Shown in pieces: positions 17,719 through 25,461 of a stretch of 34,736 nt of DNA. The notes under the pieces are model-generated. The model saw only the letters and a list, made by a program, of their open reading frames with translations. It had not been told where the DNA came from and ran no database searches. The stretch's first letter is position 1. Every line of letters starts with the position of its first letter. Source of the stretch: a virus (taxonomy: Duplodnaviria > Caudoviricetes). A program made the translations under genes and the position numbers. The stretch is taken from IMG/VR virus record IMGVR_UViG_3300030330_001316, positions 1 to 34,736 of that record; one strand, given 5' to 3'.

Positions 17719-19047
17719 GTTCAAATTCTCCTTTAGAAAAATTCTGTCTATCTTGTCAGATTGTTGTGCTGGTCGTGGAGTCAATGTGATTGCCAACAGT
17801 TGAGCATCACCAACTTTGTCACCACCATCACGTGTGAATATTTCACCATGTAAATACTCAGGACTTGACCAAAGTATTCCACCGGCTTCATTAACTACTT
17901 TTAATCCTCTTTCATTATATGCAGGGACTGCATACAAACCATCATCCTTGACTTCAAGATCAATGATCATGCCAAGTGCATTGCCTGCATCAGGACCTTG
18001 AACGCCATCTTGAAATGGACTTGTGGCATGTTGCCAATCAATGATAACAGGATCAGATTCTTTTCTTTCATTGAACACCCGCACCATTTCATCCAACAGT
18101 TCAGTGTCAATTGCATCACCAATGGGTTGACCATTCATGCGTGAAGATACCTGACCAAGTGAAAGAGTTTTGAACGGTCTGCCAACAGTCAGACCATCAG
18201 GAACTTCATATGTCCTGACTTCATTCAACAGTGATGCTTCTGCATATGCTGTCAATGTTTGTGATTTTGAATCAGCTGTCTTCATTTGTTTCACTACCTT
18301 TCTTGACCATGTGAACCCTGCATCACCACCCCACAGATGCCAAGCTTGCCAACCTTTCCCTTGTTCTGACCAGGTTGATCCTTGCTTGTCAACTTCATGG
18401 CGTGTGAAATAGTTCAACATTCTTTTGACAGTGTCAGGACTCAACTGTTCACCATTGGACAAGTCACGTGCACGTGCAAGTCCAACTTCAGTGCCACCTC
18501 TTTGACTTGGTGGTTTAGTTGCTCGAACTTCAAGACCACGCCTTGCAGCATCTTGAACACCTTGAGGTGGAGTGAAATCAATGTGTGAATACTTATCAGG
18601 AATTGACAACAGTTCTGATTTGGTTTCTTTTTCAGTGCGTTGTGGGTGGCCCTTGGGTAGCAAGTCCAAGTCTGTTGTATATGACTTTTTCCGTTCACCC
18701 GTTCCAACCAATTTCAAGAATGCTTTGACTCGTGCCAATGCCCATTGTGTTCTTGATGTGACTTGTGGTCTATGACTTGAAGAGAAGGCACCCGCACCAC
18801 GTCTGAACACTGCTTTCAACTTACCAAGATCAACCTGTTTGGATTTGGCTGAATACTTGTCATTATGTTCATCTCTATATTTCTCAAGTGTCTTGACAGC
18901 TTGATCAGAAATCTTGATGCCACCTCTTGCACCACTTGCTGAACCTTTTGGATTCTTCTTGGATCCTGTGATTCTGTCTTTCTTGGGTGCAGGTGTTTGG
19001 GCTTGTGTGCGTTTCTTCTTAGCTTTCAATCTGATCTTTTTAACCAT
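16981..19047 (-). CDS. Prohead protease/scaffold polyprotein (Mu gpI-like) with extra N-terminal domains
   Basis: IIDWQH, WSSPEY and ITLTPRPA match Mu-like protease motifs; acidic coiled-coil C-terminal scaffold. Confidence 0.82.
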   Translation of the reverse strand: MVKKIRLKAKKKRTQAQTPAPKKDRITGSKKNPKGSASGARGGIKISDQAVKTLEKYRDEHNDKYSAKSKQVDLGKLKAVFRRGAGAFSSSHRPQVTSRTQWALARVKAFLKLVGTGERKKSYTTDLDLLPKGHPQRTEKETKSELLSIPDKYSHIDFTPPQGVQDAARRGLEVRATKPPSQRGGTEVGLARARDLSNGEQLSPDTVKRMLNYFTRHEVDKQGSTWSEQGKGWQAWHLWGGDAGFTWSRKVVKQMKTADSKSQTLTAYAEASLLNEVRTYEVPDGLTVGRPFKTLSLGQVSSRMNGQPIGDAIDTELLDEMVRVFNERKESDPVIIDWQHATSPFQDGVQGPDAGNALGMIIDLEVKDDGLYAVPAYNERGLKVVNEAGGILWSSPEYLHGEIFTRDGGDKVGDAQLLAITLTPRPAQQSDKIDRIFLKENLNMYSKDQLNAMDHDDLVDFATREQDLNRQKDEMIKQLEQQVKSMNEDNEAKIAQDNEELDEVLGETLGEHSDDDKKKMNEHYDDDKKKMNEHYSKDEDDKKDKKMNEHKKMNESLTSPALLSEIQMLREQVTQLRQEKIEVEKTTAVNQLLNEGKISPNEEAVAREAYDMKLEGRDSFWNMFSERQSNSVVPMTTIGHGASGQEINKETLNLKIKKLSEDKGISYSQALTEFRNTNPSEYNQAYGV

Positions 19048-20443
19048 TGGCTTGTTTCCTCTTGATTAATGTTTCAGCAAGTGAAGCCACACCACCGCCT
19101 TGTTTTGCAGTTCTGTCAAAAGGAGATCTTTCAGCTATTTCAGGAAGATCACCAGCACCAAGGCGTTCACGAATTGCACGTTCAAGTTCATCATCAGGTG
19201 TCAACAATCCTGACTGAACAAGACCAGGCAACATGCCAAGTGATTCAGCCAAGTCATCAGTGTCAAGACCTGTGTGTGTTAACCGTGGCAATTTGGATGG
19301 ATCCACATAGCCATAATTCCAACGGATTAAACGTCCTATGGTTCCACCTCCACGCCTGTCACATCCACTGATTTGACTTGCAACAATATCACAAAGATTG
19401 ATTGCAGCACGTCTGAACACTGACAGATGGACTTCACCAACTGACCTTGAACCCGTGTCTGAAATACCAAGGTTTGCAAATTGTGCCAAGAAGGCTTGAC
19501 TGATTTGGTTGTCACATTCTTTGATGATGTCCAATGGACCTTGTGAATAGAGGTAGGGTGTAGTTGAATAAGTGTCAAACTTGACCACAGGTGATTCCAC
19601 CAGGTATGACAATTCAGTTGAGAGAAGTGCTTCAGCTTGAGCAGCTGCATCATCAATCATGGCACTGACATCAGCATCATTCAGACCTTGCATTTCAGCC
19701 TGTCCACGGTCAACTGAAACCTTGGGTGTTGGAATTGCCCAACGTTCGAGACCAACGCACATCAAGTTTGATACACGTTGCTTGGTCCTCCACCACCACC
19801 AAACAGGACGCAACATTCCAATGCCTTCAAAGTTTGAGCCTGTTCTATTGAGTGTTAATAAAAGGAGTTTGTTTGCTGGTATAGGTTCAGGTGTGTATGT
19901 ATAACCAACCACATTTTGCATGACACCATCCAAGTGTTGACCATCTTGAGATAACCACTTGTTATGTGCTGATGGTTCCCTGTCTGCATAGTAGTCCAAC
20001 CACACTCTGATTTTACCTTTTGAATCAGGACCAACTTTATAGATCTCCTCTGCATATCTGTAACCCGTTGGCACAAACTCCCACAAGTATGTAAGTTGAT
20101 CCTCGAAAGATGCATTCATTTGTCCTGCATATCCATCAAATCCAAAAGCCTCATTAGCATAGCGTGCAAGTTCTTCACTGACTGCATCACCTTCAACACC
20201 AGGTTGAAAACGCCATGTTGCAGATAAAAGAGTCTGTCTCAACATATGCCATGAACGTCTGACCACGGGATCAGTCTGTAACATTTCCTCGGCTTCACGT
20301 ATCCAATTAAGTCCTGTGAGTTTTGGATTCTGTTCTTTGCCTGTGATCTTTCCACCAGACAATTGTGTGCCTGTGATGCCACGCGTTCTAAAACGTGGCA
20401 ACATGGCCTTCATATGTGGTTCATCTCTTTTATCATCAATCAT
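19040..20443 (-). CDS. Portal protein (Mu gp29/DUF935-like); start probably ATG 20443
   Basis: About 470 aa with NFEGIGMLR, ERWAIPTP and GSRSVGEVH motifs; position between terminase and protease. Confidence 0.85.
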   Translation of the reverse strand: MIDDKRDEPHMKAMLPRFRTRGITGTQLSGGKITGKEQNPKLTGLNWIREAEEMLQTDPVVRRSWHMLRQTLLSATWRFQPGVEGDAVSEELARYANEAFGFDGYAGQMNASFEDQLTYLWEFVPTGYRYAEEIYKVGPDSKGKIRVWLDYYADREPSAHNKWLSQDGQHLDGVMQNVVGYTYTPEPIPANKLLLLTLNRTGSNFEGIGMLRPVWWWWRTKQRVSNLMCVGLERWAIPTPKVSVDRGQAEMQGLNDADVSAMIDDAAAQAEALLSTELSYLVESPVVKFDTYSTTPYLYSQGPLDIIKECDNQISQAFLAQFANLGISDTGSRSVGEVHLSVFRRAAINLCDIVASQISGCDRRGGGTIGRLIRWNYGYVDPSKLPRLTHTGLDTDDLAESLGMLPGLVQSGLLTPDDELERAIRERLGAGDLPEIAERSPFDRTAKQGGGVASLAETLIKRKQANG

Positions 20444-20477
20444 GGCGTGCACTGCTTTGGATGGATGTGTTTTTTCT

Positions 20478-20521
20478 ATTGTGTGCAATATAGTTCATCT
20501 TGTCAATGAATTATAATTCAT
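20478..20521 (-). promoter_or_regulatory. Putative sigma70 promoter of the structural operon with adjacent 16-bp palindrome
   Basis: TTGACA (20506-20501), 17-bp spacer, CACAAT (20483-20478); ATGAATTATAATTCAT at 20506-20521 abuts the -35 box. Confidence 0.5.
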
Positions 20522-20534
20522 GTACATATAACAC

Positions 20535-20647
20535 AGACTTCAATGCACGCATTACCCTTTTTTTATTTTCTTTTATACGTGATACACGTTTCAAAGAGAG
20601 TAGATATTTTGACTTCAGATCACCAGTGCATTGGAGTCTTTTTATTT
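20535..20647 (+). ncRNA. Candidate structured non-coding RNA (long hairpin with central bubble)
   Basis: Stems 20535-48/20626-39, 20562-73/20593-604 and 20577-81/20585-89; all four non-canonical pairs are G-U on the plus strand; TATAAT upstream and a U-tract downstream. Confidence 0.45.
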
Positions 20648-21803
20648 AGAACAATGACAGCTGTTCACCAACCTTGGTTTCCTTTGGTTGTGGTTGATCA
20701 TATGTCAATAATGTGTTTGTCCAATGTTCAATGCGTGCTTTGGCAATTTCAAAGTATTCTTCTTCACGTTCAATGCCAACAAAGTCAAACCCTTCAAGAC
20801 CTGCTGCGATTCCTGTTGAACCACTTCCAAGGAATGGATCAAGGATGATGCCGTTTCTAGGTGTGATCAACCTGCAAAGATAACGCATCAAGTCAATTGG
20901 TTTTACAGTTGGATGGATGTTGACCCTTGATCCATGTCCATCAAGTCCTTGTTCCCTTTCCTGTCTTGATGCTTTGGCACAATAAAAGAATCTTTTCCAC
21001 TCACCACATTCAACTTGTTCATCCATGATCACATTGGATGGCCATCTGCCCTCCAAACCACCTGTTGTGTGTGTGTGTTTTCTTGTACTCCACATTCCAA
21101 CTTCATGTTGTGTTCTTCTCAAATCCTCATCAGTCTCAATTCTACACCCATCAATATTCAATCCACCAACACCATGTTTTAAAACGTTGTGTGCAACGGT
21201 TCCATCCAATGGTTTCCTGCATAGGATAGCAGGTTCAAAAGCAGGCTTTAATGCTGTTCCATATCCTTCATATTCACTTGATCCTTTGGTGATATATGCT
21301 GTCTTTCCAACCATTTCCATTCTATATAAAGAATTACTTTTATCACAATTTTCCCTTGAGTTTGGATTTCTGCCAATGACTTCACGTTCATTGCCTTGGA
21401 TCTTGTCAATGGCCTTGCCAATGTTCAAAGACTTTGGAAAGCCTGAACCATACAACCATTGGATGGTGTCACGTACTTCAAACCCTGCAAGCCTTAATGA
21501 GATTGACATAAGATCCTGCGTTCTTGATCCTGCAAAAGCAATCAGATGTCCACCAGGTTTCAACACTCTGATCACTTCTTTCCACAGTTCAGGTGGAGGT
21601 ACCCAAGAATCCCAAGACTTACCCATAAAACCACTTCCTTTTGGTTTCCATGTTTCACCCATTGACCATGCTTGCAAACAAGAACTAACTTGTGCGGGTG
21701 TGGTTTGTCCAAGTCCATATGGTGGATCACAAACCACGGCATCAATTGAACATGGATCAAGGTTACTTAATTCTTGCATGGAATCACCACATATTAAACG
21801 CAT
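20646..21803 (-). CDS. DNA N6-adenine/N4-cytosine methyltransferase (beta class)
   Basis: DPPY motif IV near the N-terminus, HPTVKP and LDPFLGSGSTG motif I near the C-terminus; start revised to ATG 21803 (MRLICGDS). Confidence 0.93.
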   Translation of the reverse strand: MRLICGDSMQELSNLDPCSIDAVVCDPPYGLGQTTPAQVSSCLQAWSMGETWKPKGSGFMGKSWDSWVPPPELWKEVIRVLKPGGHLIAFAGSRTQDLMSISLRLAGFEVRDTIQWLYGSGFPKSLNIGKAIDKIQGNEREVIGRNPNSRENCDKSNSLYRMEMVGKTAYITKGSSEYEGYGTALKPAFEPAILCRKPLDGTVAHNVLKHGVGGLNIDGCRIETDEDLRRTQHEVGMWSTRKHTHTTGGLEGRWPSNVIMDEQVECGEWKRFFYCAKASRQEREQGLDGHGSRVNIHPTVKPIDLMRYLCRLITPRNGIILDPFLGSGSTGIAAGLEGFDFVGIEREEEYFEIAKARIEHWTNTLLTYDQPQPKETKVGEQLSLF

Positions 21804-21804
21804 T

Positions 21805-23175
21805 CTAAAAACTCCTGAATTTCTTTTGTCTTCTTGTTCGAGCGTTTCCACTTCCAAGTGCCTTGCGTGGTGTGATGGTTGGCAAGGACATCTCAGACCA
21901 ATAATGGAAAATGCAATCATATCTCAATGCGTCAAGTGGATCTTCACGACCATCTTTCTTTGGTTCATCCTTGGTGGGTGTCCATCCATATGACAAGATG
22001 GCTTTCCTGAATGAATTGCCAACTGCCTTCTCACCACGATTCCAAACTTCACGTGTGCACAAGTACTTCCTTTGAGCAATGGCACGTTTGACTTTCTGAA
22101 TACCATTCAACACGTTGGTCATCACAGGATCTGTGGTGAACTTCAGAGGCACACCGATTCCACCTTCATGTGGAAGTTTCTTCATGGCCCTAAAAGCTGA
22201 ACGGCCTGTCTGATCGTTTCGAGCTGCACCCGCTTTGTCTGCGACACCTGAATCCAACCAAATCCTTGGACCAGGTGCACGTGCCATCAATGAACGTGGC
22301 CATGCTATCAACAGGATCATCCTTGCAAGTTCATCAATGGTACATTCCTGTGGATTGATTTCATGGACAATGATGGTGGCTTCACGTTCTTCATCATAGA
22401 CCATGATCAAGACACTTGGTTTTCTGAATCCCCAATCAACTGCAATACGTCCTGTCATTTCAGGTCTGTACTTGAAGTCATCAATGACATGGTTGGCAGT
22501 CCATTCAGAATAGATCAATCCACTTGGTGGACGTGGTTGATTCATCACCATGGCAAGACGTTCTTCTTCAGGTAAAAGTTTGGTGGCTTCAAACCATTCA
22601 TCAGACAAGTTGGATTGATTGACATAGGAAGTGAAGAGTAAAGGATTGTATCCTGCTTTTTCTGATAGTGCACACCACCAAGCATCTGCAACAGGCAAGC
22701 CAACCATGATCAAGATTGGTGTTGGTCCACTCCTCAAACGTCCAAGTGCTTTTTGTGCAACTTCATCATCCTTGAATGTTTGGCATTCATCAATCAAGGC
22801 CACACCTGATGTGATGTTCAAACCTTCCAATGGATTGTGAGTTGCTTCACGTGTACCTGGTCTGAAGTATGAACGGCACCATATGGATGAACCTGTGATT
22901 GGATCAGACCACTTGGATTCAAGAGCATTGAAAGTCCATCCAATTGGACCTAACCACTTTTGAAGTTCAGGACCAAGAACAGATCTATACCTTGGACTTG
23001 TATCTGTGATCAATAAGGATGATGTGCCAGGTCTGATGCGGCTGATGAACCATAGTGCAAAGACTAAGCCGCTTGTTTTACCCGATCCCCAACCACAACG
23101 TGCACTGATCACTTTGTCCTGTCTTCTTATTCGAGCAACAATATTTTGTTGAAGTTCATTCAGGTTTAAGTTCAT
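21805..23175 (-). CDS. terL: Terminase large subunit
   Basis: Walker A GWGSGKT, Walker B ALIDE, RNase H-like nuclease motifs AVDWG and DPLDALRY. Confidence 0.93.
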   Translation of the reverse strand: MNLNLNELQQNIVARIRRQDKVISARCGWGSGKTSGLVFALWFISRIRPGTSSLLITDTSPRYRSVLGPELQKWLGPIGWTFNALESKWSDPITGSSIWCRSYFRPGTREATHNPLEGLNITSGVALIDECQTFKDDEVAQKALGRLRSGPTPILIMVGLPVADAWWCALSEKAGYNPLLFTSYVNQSNLSDEWFEATKLLPEEERLAMVMNQPRPPSGLIYSEWTANHVIDDFKYRPEMTGRIAVDWGFRKPSVLIMVYDEEREATIIVHEINPQECTIDELARMILLIAWPRSLMARAPGPRIWLDSGVADKAGAARNDQTGRSAFRAMKKLPHEGGIGVPLKFTTDPVMTNVLNGIQKVKRAIAQRKYLCTREVWNRGEKAVGNSFRKAILSYGWTPTKDEPKKDGREDPLDALRYDCIFHYWSEMSLPTITPRKALGSGNARTRRQKKFRSF

Positions 23176-23903
23176 GGAAGTTTAAATGTCTCTAAAAAGA
23201 AATCAGTATCATTGGCATTGGAGAAGCTGCGTAACTTTTTAAAAAGCTCTTGTGGTGAAAGACAGCCTTGAATGGATTGTGCATAATCTGAAAATGAATC
23301 AAACATGTGAACCACCTTGTGAACTGTCAATTGTGAATGTATTGAGTCCACTAGAGGCAGATATGCAATGCACCAAATTGGTCCAAATACAGAAGCAGTC
23401 AAAGAGGAAACAACATCCTTGGATGATGTTTGTGAAATGCCAATGATCAAAAGATTTAATGTGTTTACATCAGTTTTGGCACGTTTTAAAAACTTGGTTG
23501 CACGTGTTTCTTTTCCATCTTTGAACTTAAAGATGTGACTCATAGATTGTTCAAGTCCATACTTCTCCAATGATTCTGATGTAATCAATTTAAACTCTGC
23601 TAACATCAAAGTATTAAAACGGCCTGTTGCATCTCTAAATGAATCATAATTTAATTTATAACAAAGATCATGGTGGAAATTGTCACCATGTACCATCATT
23701 GATTGGATGTTTTGTTTGCATTGTGAATCTTTGTAATGTGCTCTTAAAATATAGTTGTTATTCATTGCAGACTGTTGAAACGCCATTGCACCCATTGATT
23801 CAAACTTGAATCCTGCTGATGATCTCCATGGATAAGCTGTCAATCCTGTATGGTCTGTAGTTTTTTTATAGAGTGAAATAGGTAGTTGGCTGACTTGTAA
23901 CAT
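23172..23903 (-). CDS. Hypothetical protein inserted between terS and terL (243 aa)
   Basis: ATG 23903 with AAAGGAGAACAC RBS; ATGA overlap with terL; no motif recognised. Confidence 0.75.
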   Translation of the reverse strand: MLQVSQLPISLYKKTTDHTGLTAYPWRSSAGFKFESMGAMAFQQSAMNNNYILRAHYKDSQCKQNIQSMMVHGDNFHHDLCYKLNYDSFRDATGRFNTLMLAEFKLITSESLEKYGLEQSMSHIFKFKDGKETRATKFLKRAKTDVNTLNLLIIGISQTSSKDVVSSLTASVFGPIWCIAYLPLVDSIHSQLTVHKVVHMFDSFSDYAQSIQGCLSPQELFKKLRSFSNANDTDFFLETFKLP

Positions 23904-23928
23904 GTGTTCTCCTTTACATGAATAAAAT

Positions 23929-24390
23929 TTAATTGTCTGTATTAACATCAGGACGTTCAACATTTAGCAAGTGGTCAGTCTGTTCAATCATAGCCTTGAT
24001 TTCATCCAAACCTTCTGACCTCGAAACGTGCATATCAATCTGTTCTTTCTTGGTCCATGATTCAGGAAACCTGCGTTCAAGGATCCAAGCAGCTGCACGC
24101 CAATCTTCAGACTGTGAAAGCTTGTTGACCAATTTGGCTTCACTGATTCCAATGGCTTCATCCACCAGGTTGTCAAACTCTTCATGCTCTTTCCTCCACC
24201 TGTGAAACGTGGCTTCACTGATTCCCTCTGCCAATGCTGATGCCCTGAATGTGTTGCCATTGGAAATGTGGGTGCAAATATTATGCACTCGGATTTGGTT
24301 GTACTTGCACGCGCGCGTTGTTTTGCTCTTATCTTTATTAATAAGAACAGCTTCACGTGCTGCTAAACCTTTTAAATCTTCATCCTTCAT
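23929..24390 (-). CDS. terS: Terminase small subunit
   Basis: HTH segment RASALAEGISEATFHRWRK and DWRAAAWILERRFP motif common in TerS; upstream of terL; start revised to ATG 24390. Confidence 0.8.
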   Translation of the reverse strand: MKDEDLKGLAAREAVLINKDKSKTTRACKYNQIRVHNICTHISNGNTFRASALAEGISEATFHRWRKEHEEFDNLVDEAIGISEAKLVNKLSQSEDWRAAAWILERRFPESWTKKEQIDMHVSRSEGLDEIKAMIEQTDHLLNVERPDVNTDN

Positions 24391-24604
24391 CTTCTTCTTC
24401 TTCCCTTGGATCTGATTCAATTATCCTGTCAATCTCGGCTTGCAATTCCCAAACCTGCCGACGTGCAACTTGTTTGATTTGCTCATAAGCCCTTGGATTA
24501 TTTCTGATCAACTGTTGTGAAACTTCAAGTGCAAGGTCAATTTCTTGGATTTGCAACTCAAGTTCTTTGATTCTTTCGAGATCAAGATTTTGAATAGTGG
24601 TCAT
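24380..24604 (-). CDS. Small coiled-coil hypothetical protein (74 aa)
   Basis: ATG 24604 overlaps the SSB stop (ATGA), RBS AAGGA; acidic tail. Confidence 0.65.
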   Translation of the reverse strand: MTTIQNLDLERIKELELQIQEIDLALEVSQQLIRNNPRAYEQIKQVARRQVWELQAEIDRIIESDPREEEEDEG

Positions 24605-24912
24605 GGTGTTTCCTTCTTTCCATCCAAGATTAAAACCTTGTGGCACATCAGATTCCAATAAGTCTTTCCTTGATAATCATTGGACTCCATTGAACCCTCA
24701 ACATATACCTTGGTCCCTGTCTGCACATGCTTGGAAATATACATTGCAATATTGTTGAATGCTTTACAGTAAAACCATTGTGTGTGTGGATTGCCTTGTT
24801 TCTTGGATGACACTGCAACATTGAAGTGGACCAGCGTGTTTCCATTGGATGTTGCTTTTTCTTCAGGATCACGTCCAACATTTCCAATGATGTGAATTTT
24901 ATTTAGACTCAT
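24601..24912 (-). CDS. ssb: Single-stranded DNA-binding protein (OB fold, no acidic tail)
   Basis: LNKIHIIGNVGRDPE, FNVAV, TQWF and GTKVYVEGS match SSB signatures; start ATG 24912. Confidence 0.92.
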   Translation of the reverse strand: MSLNKIHIIGNVGRDPEEKATSNGNTLVHFNVAVSSKKQGNPHTQWFYCKAFNNIAMYISKHVQTGTKVYVEGSMESNDYQGKTYWNLMCHKVLILDGKKETP

Positions 24913-25057
24913 GTGCCTTGTCTTTCTTCTGTCTTTCCTTGATTCCTTGTTCAAGCATTTCTCGCATCACATATGAACGTGGTTTGTTTTCACGTTTTGC
25001 AATATCATCCAATGCATCAGACATGATCAAGGGAACGTTTAACATAATTGATTTCAT
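24899..25057 (-). CDS. Ribbon-helix-helix (Arc/CopG-like) regulator, 52 aa
   Basis: Below the ORF-track cutoff: MKSIMLNVPLIMSDALDDIAKRENKPRSYVMREMLEQGIKERQKKDKAHESK shows alternating beta strand, helix A, RS turn and helix B. Confidence 0.8.
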   Translation of the reverse strand: MKSIMLNVPLIMSDALDDIAKRENKPRSYVMREMLEQGIKERQKKDKAHESK

Positions 25058-25179
25058 ATACATTACACTTTCCTTACATATATATATATGTATATATGTA
25101 TACTACATTAAAATGAATTGATGTCAAGACTTGATCAAGTATTATGTATTTGTATTCATCATGCTTTGGAGTTTTTAAA
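25058..25179. promoter_or_regulatory. Divergent promoter region with 18-bp (TA)n palindrome
   Basis: AT-rich; TACATATATATATATGTA at 25075-25092; minus-strand TTGACA at 25127-25122 with TAGTAT 16 bp downstream. Confidence 0.55.
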
Positions 25180-25461
25180 ATGAATGTGAACTTTGATTCA
25201 ATTTGGCATATTATCGGACTACTTGGAACCATTGGTTCATTGATCTTTTATGCTGCTCGAACACTTGGAAAGACCATGGAACAAATTGAAAGACTGCAAG
25301 AGGCTTTGGTTTTATTGCAACAGAATTTGGAGAGTCAAACCAAGTCTTGCAAAGATGGAAGAATTGAACTGTGGACTGAAGTGAACAAGATGAGAGAAAG
25401 ACTTGCCAAGGTTGAAACGTTGCAAGAACATCAAACCGCTTTGAGTGTGAATCAAAAATGA
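25180..25461 (+). CDS. Membrane-anchored coiled-coil protein (93 aa)
   Basis: GGAG RBS, one N-terminal transmembrane segment, heptad-rich remainder; ATGA overlap with thyX. Confidence 0.7.
   Translation: MNVNFDSIWHIIGLLGTIGSLIFYAARTLGKTMEQIERLQEALVLLQQNLESQTKSCKDGRIELWTEVNKMRERLAKVETLQEHQTALSVNQK

Noticed and set aside
16585-20443. Transposable Mu-like phage
   Set aside because: Only head genes are Mu-like; no transposase A/B or host-DNA ends, and replication genes are initiator/loader type.
20444-20488. TTG start extending the portal N-terminus
   Set aside because: Overlaps the predicted promoter and lacks an RBS; a downstream ATG is more plausible.
21025-21993. 322-aa plus-strand ORF
   Set aside because: Antisense shadow of the methyltransferase and terL end; no RBS or motif recognised.
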